From Alphaproteobacteria bacterium (GTDB taxonomy: Bacteria > Pseudomonadota > Alphaproteobacteria > JAWKYA01): a stretch of 64,000 nt of DNA. Positions 9,587 to 19,499 of this stretch are shown piece by piece. Location: assembly GCA_041396725.1 (NCBI GenBank), contig JAWKYA010000007.1, positions 2,279-66,278 of the forward strand. Direction: 5' to 3'. Under the pieces are notes generated by a model. The model was not told the origin of the DNA and made no database searches. It saw only the letters and a list, made by a program, of their open reading frames with translations. A program made the position numbers and the translations under genes. Within the stretch, counting starts at the first letter, position 1. Each line of letters opens with the position of its first letter.

Positions 9587-9758
9587 TATTGATGCGCAAT
9601 GTTAATGACACTACTAGCATCGAATCCACAAGGACAAGTCAAAGTCTAGACCCCGTGTGGTGTACGTGAGTGTGATGGCCTTATATCTTTTGAAGAGTAG
9701 AGCATGGGTGTGTCTTCTTGCACCCCTGTTTTCCGAAGGAATTTACCAGAGATTTTGA

Positions 9759-10220
9759 ATGCTGCGTTTAACGATCCTTGCAGTGGGTAAATGTCGTGGC
9801 ACAGCTTATGAAGCTTTGGTTGCAGACTATACGCGGCGCTTCACCTTTCCTGTTGCTGTCCATGAAATCGATGAACGCAAACCCATGACGGCAGCACAGC
9901 TGCGGCATCGCGAAACGACTCTTCTGATAGAGAAGATTCCATCGGGTGCTTATACGGTTGCTCTCGATCCTCGAGGCAAGACCTTTTCCAGTGAAGATAT
10001 AGCTAATTTTTTGCGTCAGCGCCAAGAGGATGGTACGCGAGACGTGGCGTTTCTGATTGGCGGTGCCGATGGGTTGACCGACGAAGCCCTAACGGTGGCA
10101 CGGCTTCGCCTTTCCTTTGGATCCATGATTTGGCCACATCTCTTGGCGCGAGTCATGCTGGTCGAGCAGCTTTATCGCGCGCAGCAAATCCTGATTGGTC
10201 ATCCTTATCATCGCGGCTAA
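9759..10220 (+). CDS. rlmH: 23S rRNA (pseudouridine1915-N3)-methyltransferase
   Basis: 153 aa; FLIGGADGL...LSFGSMIWPHLLARVMLVEQLYRA SPOUT-type C-terminus; the nadD-rsfS-rlmH order is conserved. Confidence 0.9.
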   Translation: MLRLTILAVGKCRGTAYEALVADYTRRFTFPVAVHEIDERKPMTAAQLRHRETTLLIEKIPSGAYTVALDPRGKTFSSEDIANFLRQRQEDGTRDVAFLIGGADGLTDEALTVARLRLSFGSMIWPHLLARVMLVEQLYRAQQILIGHPYHRG

Positions 10221-10222
10221 AT

Positions 10223-10660
10223 CTAAGAGCGAGATATGTGCGTTGCAAGAATGAGGGTTGTCTCGATGGTTGCAATCTCAGGCAGGGTAGCGATGCGCTC
10301 GCGCAAAATACCTAAAGCTTGGGAATTCGGAGATTCAACCAGTAAGATGATATCGACCGCACCAGCAACCGTGTAACAGGATTTCACTTCTGGAAAATCT
10401 TGGAGCCGCCGTGCCAAGGATGGACAGGTCATTCCTAGTTTCAAGGTGATAGCCAGTAATCCGCGCGTCGTCGTTTTTGAATGTGAAGCTGTACGGATAG
10501 TGTATTGCTCGATAACGCCCGAAGATTCCAGCCGTGTTAGGCGTTCCTGAGTGGCGCTACGGGATAGACCAATGCGCTTCGCCAAATCAATAACCGATCG
10601 CCGAGCATTATCCTGCAATAATGCCAAGATTTTTTGATCGATTGTATCGAGAATCTTCAT
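10223..10660 (-). CDS. Lrp/AsnC family transcriptional regulator
   Basis: MKILDTIDQKILALLQDNARRSVIDLAKRIGLSRSATQERLTRLESSGVI HTH plus an RAM-like C-terminus. The listed 244-aa ORF is an upstream over-extension; the Met at 10660 fits the family length. Confidence 0.85.
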   Translation of the reverse strand: MKILDTIDQKILALLQDNARRSVIDLAKRIGLSRSATQERLTRLESSGVIEQYTIRTASHSKTTTRGLLAITLKLGMTCPSLARRLQDFPEVKSCYTVAGAVDIILLVESPNSQALGILRERIATLPEIATIETTLILATHISRS

Positions 10661-10760
10661 GGGCGCTATATTTTGTCGGTCAAACCGTCTTTTTGCTGGG
10701 TTGCTCCTGGTCGTAATAATCATCCAACTGAAACCGTATGAATGCAAGATCGAGAAAGAA

Positions 10761-10790
10761 AAGTCATGAGATCTAAAGTCATGGGATCTA
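10761..10790. repeat. 15-bp tandem duplication (aagtcatgRgatcta x2)
   Basis: Read directly. It sits in the divergent lrp/isochorismatase intergenic region and carries two of the candidate ATG starts of the downstream gene. Confidence 0.85.
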
Positions 10791-11344
10791 TGGATAATAC
10801 GGTGCTCATCCCAATCGACATGCAACTCGGATTTGATTTTCTGACCACGAAACGGAATAACCCAATGATGGAGGAGAATGGGCAGGGATTGCTTTCTGCT
10901 TGGCGGCAACTTCGTGCGCCGTTGATCCATGTGCGGCATGAATCGATTCATCCTCAAGACTTATTTCATCCGAGTCATCCGGGTTATAATTTTCATCCGA
11001 GTTTTGTGCCCTTACCAGGAGAGGTTTTAGTTACGAAATCGGCCAATAGTGCCTTGATCGGTACAGATCTCGATTTACGCCTTCGCCGCGCCAAGGTGGG
11101 CACTGTGGTATTATTCGGCTTCGTTACTGATATGTGTGTATCGACTACGGCGCGCCACGCAAGTAACCTAGGGTACAAAACCATCGTGATCGAAGATGCA
11201 TGCGCTTGTTTCGATATTAGGGATAAACAAGGGTTAATTCCTGCGCGTGATATCCATCGCATCCACATAGCGACCTTGGCTCAGGAATTTGCCACGATTA
11301 TGACCACGGCAGCCCTATTGAAGGAGCTTCCCCACCCCAGATAA
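10790..11344 (+). CDS. isochorismatase-family cysteine hydrolase
   Basis: VLIPIDMQLGF..., LVTKSANSALIGTDL and VLFGFVTDMCVSTTARHA (catalytic Cys motif). Alternative starts at 10742, 10766 and 10781. Confidence 0.8.
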   Translation: MDNTVLIPIDMQLGFDFLTTKRNNPMMEENGQGLLSAWRQLRAPLIHVRHESIHPQDLFHPSHPGYNFHPSFVPLPGEVLVTKSANSALIGTDLDLRLRRAKVGTVVLFGFVTDMCVSTTARHASNLGYKTIVIEDACACFDIRDKQGLIPARDIHRIHIATLAQEFATIMTTAALLKELPHPR

Positions 11345-11517
11345 CCTTTCACCCCCTGAGGGAAGAGATTTTTACCCAGTTATTCAAAAAACAGTTCATA
11401 AATATAGCTACTTAACCGAAAGATCGGTACGATCTTGTAACACGTCGATCATGCGCTACATCCCTAGAAGATTTTACTGTAAATCGGTACACTTACCCGG
11501 CTATTAGCCAGAAGCCT

Positions 11518-12402
11518 ATGGAGATCCTTATGGCTTTCAGTGTTCACCGCCAGCCGTCGGATCGAACGGACCATACCATTACGCAACAATGGTCGTCGTA
11601 TCACGCTGAAGAGCACGCTTTGTGGCGAGCGCTGTTCGAACGTCAAGCCAAACTCCTACCGGATCGTGCGTGCGATGAATTTCTGAGGGGTATGCATCGA
11701 CTAGGTGTCGTTGCTGATGGCATTCCTGATTTTCGCCGCTTGAATGAGGTCCTGGACAAGGCGACTGGCTGGCAGATCGTGGCGGTGCCGGGATTGGTGC
11801 CCGATGCAATCTTTTTTGAACATCTCGCCAATCGCCGATTTCCTTCTACCTGTTTTCTTCGCACACCACAGCAGATGGATTACATCCAAGAGCCCGATGT
11901 ATTCCACGACATCTTCGGCCATGTACCGCTTTTGGTACATCCAGTTTTTGCCGACTATATGCAGGCTTATGGGAAAGGCGGACTCAAAGCGCTTGAGCTC
12001 GGTGCTTTAAAAAACCTCGCGCGGCTCTATTGGTACACGGTTGAGTTCGGCCTAATCCACACCGAGGCAGGGCAGAGAATCTATGGATCGGGAATCCTAT
12101 CATCGCCCGGAGAAACCGTCTTCGCCCTCGGCGATCCTGCTCCGAATCGATTGGGCTTTGATGTGATGCGTATTATGCGGACCGAGTACTGCATCGACGA
12201 TTTTCAAGAAACCTATTTTGTCATCGATAGTTTCGAGCAACTGTTCGAGGCGACAGCACCGGATTTTTCCCTTTATTATAAAGTTCTGGCGGATGAACGC
12301 GATATCGCACCGGGGCATGTTATTGCGACAGATAAGATCTTTACTCTTGGCGCTGGGCGTCGTGGCGATCCTATTTCCCGTCAGCCCTTTGCAGGTGTTT
12401 AA
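11518..12402 (+). CDS. phhA: phenylalanine 4-hydroxylase
   Basis: EEHALWRALFERQ, PDVFHDIFGHVPLL (iron-binding His pair), LARLYWYTVEFGLI and YGSGILSS. Confidence 0.9.
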   Translation: MEILMAFSVHRQPSDRTDHTITQQWSSYHAEEHALWRALFERQAKLLPDRACDEFLRGMHRLGVVADGIPDFRRLNEVLDKATGWQIVAVPGLVPDAIFFEHLANRRFPSTCFLRTPQQMDYIQEPDVFHDIFGHVPLLVHPVFADYMQAYGKGGLKALELGALKNLARLYWYTVEFGLIHTEAGQRIYGSGILSSPGETVFALGDPAPNRLGFDVMRIMRTEYCIDDFQETYFVIDSFEQLFEATAPDFSLYYKVLADERDIAPGHVIATDKIFTLGAGRRGDPISRQPFAGV

Positions 12403-13063
12403 TTTCGCCATGGGGTTTTAACCGCCATACGGTAGTGACCCGTGAAGATCGATCTTCTAACTCAAGGCTGGTTGCCACATCATAGCACGCTAATTCTTCC
12501 AAACCATCGGTAGGCGCATAGTACCGCCCAGGATCGGCCAGCAGTACCATTTTCATTTGCGCAAGCCGCCGTAACCACGGCAAGATCCGCGTCGATGCAA
12601 TCCGTTCATAGCACATATCACCTACTAAAATAATCTCTGCATCTGGATCTCGATCAAGCCAATCTTCGCGATCAATCGTAAGGATGCAATTGTTGAGGGC
12701 AGCATTCATCGCCATAGCGATGCATGCCGTGATATCGCAATCGTTGGCAATGCTCCGATACGCTCCAGCGATAAGGGCGGCGATTGCTCCTAATCCTGAT
12801 CCAGCGCCGAAGTCGAATAGGGTTTTTCCCTGAAACTTATGGGGATGATCGAGAATATATCGGGCCAGCGCCTGTCCACCGGGCCAAGCGAAAGCCCAAT
12901 AGGGCGGATCGACGTTGATCTTTTGCAGCAAGACCTCTTTGGCCTCCCAGAGGGGCGTTATTTCCGTGGCCAGATGTAATTTGATCTCGGGTACAAGGGA
13001 TGGGGTTGCCACTACCGTGTGCTGTTGGATAAAGGCGCGGCCTGCGTCCTCGCTTAAGTTCAC
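12371..13063 (-). CDS. class I SAM-dependent methyltransferase, METTL20/ETF-beta lysine methyltransferase-like
   Basis: VPEIKLHLATEITPLWEA, PPYWAFAWPGGQALARYI and TLFDFGAGSGLGAIAA. The GTG at 13063 overlaps the ubiA stop (GTGA), which suggests coupling. The family assignment is from memory. Confidence 0.65.
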   Translation of the reverse strand: MNLSEDAGRAFIQQHTVVATPSLVPEIKLHLATEITPLWEAKEVLLQKINVDPPYWAFAWPGGQALARYILDHPHKFQGKTLFDFGAGSGLGAIAALIAGAYRSIANDCDITACIAMAMNAALNNCILTIDREDWLDRDPDAEIILVGDMCYERIASTRILPWLRRLAQMKMVLLADPGRYYAPTDGLEELACYDVATSLELEDRSSRVTTVWRLKPHGEIKHLQRADGK

Positions 13064-14049
13064 CACCAGAAATGCCCGGCAACAAATCCAAGGAGAACAA
13101 GCCAACCAACGAAACGATTGGATCTAAATTTTCTTAAGCAATCGGCCGGAGATGAGAAGTCTACAGTGACAACCTGCCAAGCAAGGTGAAGAGCAGTGGC
13201 GATGAGGAAGGGTAGAACAGCCAGACTAAACCTCGCTTGCCAAGCAGTCGCAACCAGCAATATCCACATAACGGCATAAAACACGGCAATCCAGGCGCGG
13301 CTATTTTCAGCGAACAATCGTGCGGTAGATTTCACTCCAATCAAAGCGTCATCTTCTTTGTCTTGATGGGCATAGATCGTATCGTAACCCAAGGTCCAGG
13401 CGACGCCAGCGGCATACAGCAAGAAACAAGCGATATCGAGACGTCCTGCCATCGCAGTATAGCCCATGAGCGCCCCCCAATTAAAAGTAAGGCCTAGAAA
13501 AAACTGTGGCCACCAGGTTATGCGTTTCATCCAGGGGTAAATTGCAACCAAACCAAGAGAGGTAATTCCAAGCCAAAAATTTTCCGATCCAAGCACCACC
13601 AAGACACCGAATCCAATCGCCAGCTGTAAGGCAAGAAATGCAAGCGCTTGTCTCGGTGTCACAGCGCCACTGACTAAGGGCCGAGTTCGTGTACGCGCGA
13701 CCTTTGCGTCGATATCGCGATCGACCAAATCGTTATAGGTACACCCGGCGCCGCGCATAACAATGGCACCGACCGTAAATAATAAAGCAAGGATCAGGCT
13801 ATAGATATGATCGTCGTTGAAAATGAAACTCAACCCCGACTCACAACAAGGTTGACTCACATGTACCGAGACTATCCCCCACCAGCAGGGAAAGAGCAGC
13901 AGCCAAGTCCCAATCGGACGATCGAGCCGCGCCAATCGCGCGTAAGGGCGGAAAGATCGAGGCAAGAGACGATCAACCCATCCATCCTGAGGGATATCCG
14001 TGGATGAAAAGGACCGAGGAGGGAGCGATGAAGCCTTAGGGTCGTGCAT
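13060..14049 (-). CDS. ubiA: 4-hydroxybenzoate polyprenyltransferase
   Basis: GAGCTYNDLVDRDIDAKVARTRTRPL (first Asp-rich motif), YAHQDKEDD (second), polytopic membrane protein. Confidence 0.9.
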   Translation of the reverse strand: MHDPKASSLPPRSFSSTDIPQDGWVDRLLPRSFRPYARLARLDRPIGTWLLLFPCWWGIVSVHVSQPCCESGLSFIFNDDHIYSLILALLFTVGAIVMRGAGCTYNDLVDRDIDAKVARTRTRPLVSGAVTPRQALAFLALQLAIGFGVLVVLGSENFWLGITSLGLVAIYPWMKRITWWPQFFLGLTFNWGALMGYTAMAGRLDIACFLLYAAGVAWTLGYDTIYAHQDKEDDALIGVKSTARLFAENSRAWIAVFYAVMWILLVATAWQARFSLAVLPFLIATALHLAWQVVTVDFSSPADCLRKFRSNRFVGWLVLLGFVAGHFWW

Positions 14050-14217
14050 TCCTTATGGTGCCAAGGATTGTGACGGACGCCAAGACCCGAAAATCTGCGC
14101 CAACCAAGCGATTCCCCACTTTTCTTAGCCTTCTTGCCTGTAGCGTCAAAATGCCTAAGCAGCGTAGAATGTAACACCACCGCCTTGCGGGATGAAACAG
14201 ACAGAGAGTTGACAAGG

Positions 14218-15009
14218 ATGCCCGCTCCCAAAACCCGGCTTTACGTAGATACTCTATTACAGCGGGGCATCGATCTTGATCTTGACGAAGCGCGCACCAA
14301 CTATCTGCGTAATGTTTTACGTCTGGGGGCCGAGGCCGAGATTGCTTTATTCAATGCGGCGCATGGCGAATGGCGCGCCCGTATTCGGCGGATTGATAAA
14401 CGTGCTGCATCGCTACGTATCGAAAATCGGTTACGGGAAGGCGAGGATCATCAAACGACTGCTGGACCATGGCTTTTATTCGCCCCGATCAAGCGGGCGC
14501 CGATCGATCTTTTGGTCGAGAAGGCGACCGAGTTAGGGGTCGCGCGATTGGTTCCTGTCTTCACGCGCCGCACCGTTGCCGAGCGGGTCAATCTAGGTCG
14601 CTTACGCATGCATGCGATCGAAGCGGCCGAGCAATGCGGACGTCTTTCGGTGCCGGAGATCGCCGAGCCCGTAAAGCTCTTCGATCTTTTGGGTGCTTGG
14701 CAAGGGGAGTCGCAAACTTCGATGCGCCGCATTCTTGCATGCGCCGAGGCGGGGGATGCTAAACCTTTCGCAGTTGTTGCTGCGGAACGGCGTGCAGCGC
14801 CGACCGCGATTCTTACGGGTCCGGAAGGAGGATTCGAAGGGGTCGAGCTTGATGCCTTCAAGGATCTACCTTTCATTACCTCTGTTGGTCTTGGTCCACG
14901 AATCTTACGTGCCGACACCGCTGCCTTGGCAGCCCTTGCTATTTACCAAGCTATCGCAGGCGATGGCGCCTCCCGTCCAGGCGATGGTGTTTGGTCCACT
15001 TCAAGATAA
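14218..15009 (+). CDS. rsmE: 16S rRNA (uracil1498-N3)-methyltransferase
   Basis: MPAPKTRLYVD..., HYLRNVLRL-like, LTGPEGGFEGVE and LGPRILRADTAALAALA. The Met at 14218 is preferred over the listed TTG. Confidence 0.85.
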   Translation: MPAPKTRLYVDTLLQRGIDLDLDEARTNYLRNVLRLGAEAEIALFNAAHGEWRARIRRIDKRAASLRIENRLREGEDHQTTAGPWLLFAPIKRAPIDLLVEKATELGVARLVPVFTRRTVAERVNLGRLRMHAIEAAEQCGRLSVPEIAEPVKLFDLLGAWQGESQTSMRRILACAEAGDAKPFAVVAAERRAAPTAILTGPEGGFEGVELDAFKDLPFITSVGLGPRILRADTAALAALAIYQAIAGDGASRPGDGVWSTSR

Positions 15010-15021
15010 CGAGAAAATCTT

Positions 15022-16392
15022 ATGTCTGTTCCTGTCACTGCCACTGGTGGTCCAATTACCAGCAAACAACAGCTCATCGATTATATCGCCGGTGGATCGC
15101 GACCACGCGAGGAATGGCGGATCGGCACGGAGCACGAGAAGTTTGCTTTTCGCATCGGTGATCGGCGCCGCCTCGAGTATGACGGCCGTGACGGGATCCG
15201 TGCGCTGCTGGAGGGATTACAGAAGCGGTTCGGCTGGCAGCCGATCCGCGAAGGTGAAACCTTGATTGGTCTTGTCGATGGCAAGGGGGCGACCATTAGC
15301 CTCGAGCCTGGTGGCCAGGTTGAACTTTCAGGTGCGCCTTTGGAAAATCTCCACCAAACTTGCGGCGAAGTGGGAATGCATCTCACCCAAGTTAAAGAGA
15401 TCGGCGCCGAACTTGGCATTGGAATGATCGGCCTTGGTTTCGATCCCAAGTGGCGACGCGAGGACGTTCCTTGGATGCCCAAGGGCCGCTATCGCATTAT
15501 GCGCGCCTATATGCCCAAGAAGGGTGGTCAAGGGTTAGATATGATGCTGCGAACCTGCACGGTGCAGGTAAATCTCGATTTCTCCAGCGAAGCCGATATG
15601 GTGAAGAAATTCCGTGTCGCCTTGGCTTTGCAACCCCTGGCTACAGCCTTGTTCGCCAATTCTCCCTTTAAGGAGGGTCAGCCGTCGGGGTATGTGTCGT
15701 GGCGGGGTCAGGTGTGGACCGACACCGATCCCGATCGTACGGGAATCCCTGCTTTCGTTTTCGAGCCAAGCTTCGGTTTCGAGCGTTGGGTTGATTGGAT
15801 TCTGGATATCCCCATGTATTTCGTCTATCGCGAAGGACACTACATCGATGCCTCGGGTCAATCGTTTAAGGATTTCTTGAATGGCAGTTTACCTGCCTTA
15901 CCGGGACAGAAACCGCTCCTAAGCGATTTTGCCGATCACATGACCACCGCTTTTCCCGAGGTGCGGTTGAAGCGGTATCTGGAAATGCGCGGCGCTGACG
16001 GTGGTCCGTGGAGTCGCTTGTGCGCCTTACCCGCTTTCTGGGTTGGGTTGCTCTATGACGATGCAAGTTTGGATGCCGCTTGGGATTTGGTGAAAGGATG
16101 GTCTCAGGAAGAACGCGAAAACCTACGGCGCGAAGCGCCGCGGCTTGGCTTGGGCGCTGCGGTGGGTATTCATAGCCTTCGCGACTTGGGTCGTGAAATT
16201 CTAGAGCTCGCGAAGCAAGGGTTGGTGCGCCGCGCGCGCCGCGGCAATCTAGCTGAAAATGAAACCCAGTATCTTGAACCCCTGCATCGCGTCATCGAAA
16301 CCGGGAATACGCTGGCGGATGATTTGTTGATGGCCTATCGTACGCGCTGGAACGGGTCGATCGATCCCGTGTTTCAGGAATTCGCGTATTAG
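15022..16392 (+). CDS. gshA: glutamate-cysteine ligase, plant/alphaproteobacterial type
   Basis: 456 aa; [35 protein letters not shown] and [12 protein letters not shown] motifs of the GCS2-type enzyme. Confidence 0.9.
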   Translation: MSVPVTATGGPITSKQQLIDYIAGGSRPREEWRIGTEHEKFAFRIGDRRRLEYDGRDGIRALLEGLQKRFGWQPIREGETLIGLVDGKGATISLEPGGQVELSGAPLENLHQTCGEVGMHLTQVKEIGAELGIGMIGLGFDPKWRREDVPWMPKGRYRIMRAYMPKKGGQGLDMMLRTCTVQVNLDFSSEADMVKKFRVALALQPLATALFANSPFKEGQPSGYVSWRGQVWTDTDPDRTGIPAFVFEPSFGFERWVDWILDIPMYFVYREGHYIDASGQSFKDFLNGSLPALPGQKPLLSDFADHMTTAFPEVRLKRYLEMRGADGGPWSRLCALPAFWVGLLYDDASLDAAWDLVKGWSQEERENLRREAPRLGLGAAVGIHSLRDLGREILELAKQGLVRRARRGNLAENETQYLEPLHRVIETGNTLADDLLMAYRTRWNGSIDPVFQEFAY

Positions 16393-16435
16393 TCTTAATC
16401 CTAAGCTCGATATTTAATGGTGATGTTGAGGAAAT

Positions 16436-16471
16436 CTGAACAACCCTCACCCGATCGTAAGGGTTGTTCAG
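16436..16471. terminator. hairpin between convergent gshA and infC (possible bidirectional terminator)
   Basis: ctgaacaaccct-N12-agggttgttcag, a perfect 12-bp stem. No strong U-tract on either side. Confidence 0.5.
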
Positions 16472-16512
16472 AACATCGATACAGGTGTCGATTATTTATT
16501 GAGTGATACGGC

Positions 16513-17057
16513 TTACTTCGGCGCGATCACCATGATCATCTGACGGCCTTCGAATTTAGCCGATTGCTCGACCTTGGCGGCATCTGCCGTATCGGCCTGC
16601 ACACGATCCATCAGCTTCATGCCCAAGGCCTGGTTAGCCATTTCACGGCCGCGGAAGCGTAAGGTAATTTTGACCTTGTCGCCCTCAGCCAGGAATTTAT
16701 GAATCGCCTTCATCTTCACATCATAGTCGTGATCATCGATGGTTGGACGCATCTTGATCTCTTTGATCTCGATAACCTTTTGTTTCTTGCGCGCTTCGTT
16801 GCGGCGTTTTTGCTCTTCGTATTTGTACTTGCCATAATCGAGAATCTTGCAAACCGGCGGTTCGGCGTTCGGACTGATCTCGACCAGATCGAGGCCAGCT
16901 TGATCGGCTAGGACCATAGCTTCGCGGACGGTCATCACTCCGATCATTTCACCATCGGCGCCGATTACGCGGATGGACGGGGCATAGATTTTTTCATTAA
17001 CACGTGGCCGCTGTCACGGACAGGGGCGGTTTCGGTTGTTGTGGTCGGTAGTGCGAT
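16513..17057 (-). CDS. infC: translation initiation factor IF-3, non-AUG (ATC) start, 1-nt frame break near 17006
   Basis: C-terminal 144 aa are intact ([24 protein letters not shown]...RFRGREM...IMVIAPK). Upstream, [24 protein letters not shown] is in frame, but a TGA precedes it. The frame starting at ATC 17057 (after AAGGGGGTG) reads [17 protein letters not shown], then drifts. Adding one C in the CC run at 17006-17007 joins the two frames; 545+1 nt is divisible by 3. Confidence 0.8.
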
Positions 17058-17097
17058 AACCACCCCCTTAAATGTTAAAACGAAGGGGCACCTGATA

Positions 17098-19066
17098 TCA
17101 CAACACCGGCGCGGATGCACTGGGATTATCATAAACTGGGATATCCCCCATTGAAAAGGCCAGGCTTAAACGCCCTGATGCCAGAATATTGACCGCGGCT
17201 TGAAGTGCAGCGTTTTTTATGAAGAGCCGCCAAGTCGGCAATGCCACGGTCTTATCCTGGGCTTCGAGCGCCAACCGCCAAGATAACTCGGCACGTTAGA
17301 ATGCCTCGCACCTTGTACTGATCTTCCTCGTTACGGAAGTCGGTTTCGACTCTAACGCCCGCTACCTTAAGCGCCGCAATGACCTCTTGGGCATAGGCAT
17401 CGACCTGTTGGTAATGCTGGCAACGACCACTTGGACCGGTGCCAACCATATGAGCCGGTTGGCATAGTGCTCGGCTAAAATCCCGATAAACCGTTCGAAT
17501 GACCCCTAACATCGCCCGATGCAGCATAACGGGGCGATGTTTTTGCCCATCTTCGCCGATATATTTGCATCCAAACGTTCGGGCAGAACCAAATCTACCT
17601 GAAGAGTACCACACCGCTATTCTCGGCTGATCGCATCGCGTAAGATGAACTGGTTTGGGCCAGCAGCACCGCCAGGGTTGAGGATCATTTCGATTCCGGC
17701 TGCCTCAGCCGCAAGACGCAAGGCACTCTCAGCCTTGTCCCGCGGCACCATTGCCGGCGCGCTTTGTAGGCCGGTCGGAAAACTTTACCTTGATATCCGT
17801 GAAGCCTAGATCTCGATAAACGCTCCGCAACAAGTCACAATAGATTTTGCTTTCCTCGGTGATCTGATCCTCGGTGCAAAAAATATGCGCGTCGTCCTGG
17901 GTGAAAGCGCGCACCCGCATAATACCATGCAAAGCACCCGACGGTTCGTACCGATGACAGGATCCAAACTCCGCCATTCGGATCGGGAGGTCGCGATAGC
18001 TTTTTAAACCTTGGCGAAAAATCTGCACATGGCAAGGACAGTTCATCGGTTTCAATGCCAAAGTCTTTTCATCTTCCGTGGTGGCAAGAAACATGTGTTC
18101 GCGGAATTTTTCCCAGTGGCCGGACATTTCCCAAAGGCTACGGTCGACCAACTGTGGTGTTTTCACCTCGACATAGCCTTCGTGATCCAGACGTCGGCGA
18201 ACATAGGTTTCTAGCGTGCGATAGAGGGTCCAGCCTTTGGGATGCCAAAACACCGAACCTACGGCTTCTTCCTGTTGGTGGAACAAATCCATCTCGCGAC
18301 CGAGGCGGCGATGATCGCGCTTCTCGGCTTCTTCCAGCATAGTAAGGTAAGCCTTGAGTTCTTTTTCATCGCGCCAGCAAGTGCCATAGATGCGCTGAAG
18401 CTGCGGGTTGTTGGCATCGCCGCGCCAATAAGCTCCCGACACTTTTGTGAGTTTAAATGCATGGCCCAACTTCGCCGTCGAGGGAAGATGGGGTCCCGTG
18501 CACAGATCCAACCAGGCACCTTGACGATAGATCGAGATATCTTCTTCGCTAGGAAGCGACGCCACGTGTTCGGCCTTGAAACGCTCGCCGGCTTTTTTGA
18601 AAAAGGCAACCGCATCCTGTTGATCCCAAATCTCGCGTTTGATGGGAAGGTTGCGATCGACGATTTCGTGCATCCGCTTTTCGATTTCAGGAAAATCCTC
18701 CGGCGTGAAGGGCGCATTACGATGAAAATCGTAATAGAACCCATTCTCAATCGCGGGACCGAAGGTAATTTGCGTTCCAGGAAAAAGCTCTTGCACGGCT
18801 TGCGCTAAGATGTGCGCACAGTCGTGGCGGAGTAGCTCAAGAACCTCGTCGCCGTTTTTATCCTTGACGGTAACGATCTCGACCCGCGCATCGTGGCGCA
18901 GCGGCGTTTCCAAATCGCGCAAAACACCATCGATCCGCATCGCCAACGCCGCCTTAGCAAGGCCAGGGCCGATCGCCGCCGCAACCTCAGAGCCGGTGGT
19001 GCCGGCGGCAACGGTGCGCGCGGATCCATCGGGAAGGGTTAAGGTAACGGTGGTAGGCGAAGTCAC
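17098..19066 (-). pseudogene. thrS: threonyl-tRNA synthetase, 3' third disrupted by multiple frameshifts and an in-frame TAG
   Basis: The first 445 codons (17729-19066) are intact. Beyond about 17770 the ThrRS sequence ([117 protein letters not shown]) can only be followed by switching frame at least 6 times. TAG at 17617-17619 replaces the conserved Trp of the RxWQCGT motif. Confidence 0.8.
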
Positions 19067-19324
19067 AGCGAGATCTCCTTATATGCAGAGGGTCAAAAAA
19101 GGGACGAAGCTTGGCCCGTTGGTGTAGCCCATGGCAGCGAAGCCCGGCAAGGGCGGCTTGGGTGGGTGCATCCTATGACCATTTTTATGGGAAGCCTGCG
19201 GGATGAAAGGCTTAGCAAATATTCCTAAACATATCGTTACGGGATCGAATCGATATCGGTGGAAAAATCGCAGGTTTCTGCCAATTTTTTCGTTACGTTT
19301 CCGGTTTCATTTTTCGAAAATTAT

Positions 19325-19463
19325 TGTGTATTTAATACACATAATTTTTAAAAAACTCAATAAATCAGCCGATGTATGAATTTGATGTGTGTGAAACACA
19401 CTTTGGAAATGTGCATAGAATACATAATGTGTGTGAAACACACATTTATAATGTGTATCACAT
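19325..19463. promoter_or_regulatory. array of TGTG/CACA palindromes in an AT-rich core (candidate operator cluster)
   Basis: TGTGTAT-tta-ATACACA (19325-19341), GTGTG-aaa-CACAC (19389-19401), TGTGTG-aaa-CACACA (19430-19444) and ATGTG-tat-CACAT (19451-19463). The 17-bp unit atgtgtgtgaaacacac is repeated at 19385 and 19427. Confidence 0.4.
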
Positions 19464-19499
19464 GCACATTCATTTATCAGGTCCTTGCCTTGTCTTCGA

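Noticed and set aside
10661-10957. N-terminal 99-aa extension of the Lrp-family ORF, including the HRSHDFRSHDF repeat.
   Set aside because: The family-typical HTH begins at the Met at 10660. The extension runs through the divergent promoter and the 15-bp tandem duplication, and has no supporting features.
18242-18808. Long antisense ORFs inside intact genes, for example 18242-18808 and 18259-18750 in thrS, 14693-15265 across rsmE/gshA, 4873-5268 in thiM, 27926-28276 and 30230-30541 in gltB, 53948-54208 in asmA, and 61846-62250 in hflC.
   Set aside because: They overlap well-supported genes on the opposite strand or in another frame. Their composition is low-complexity Arg/Pro/Ala/Ser-rich, they contain no recognisable motifs, and they have no ribosome-binding context. 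These are typical shadow ORFs.
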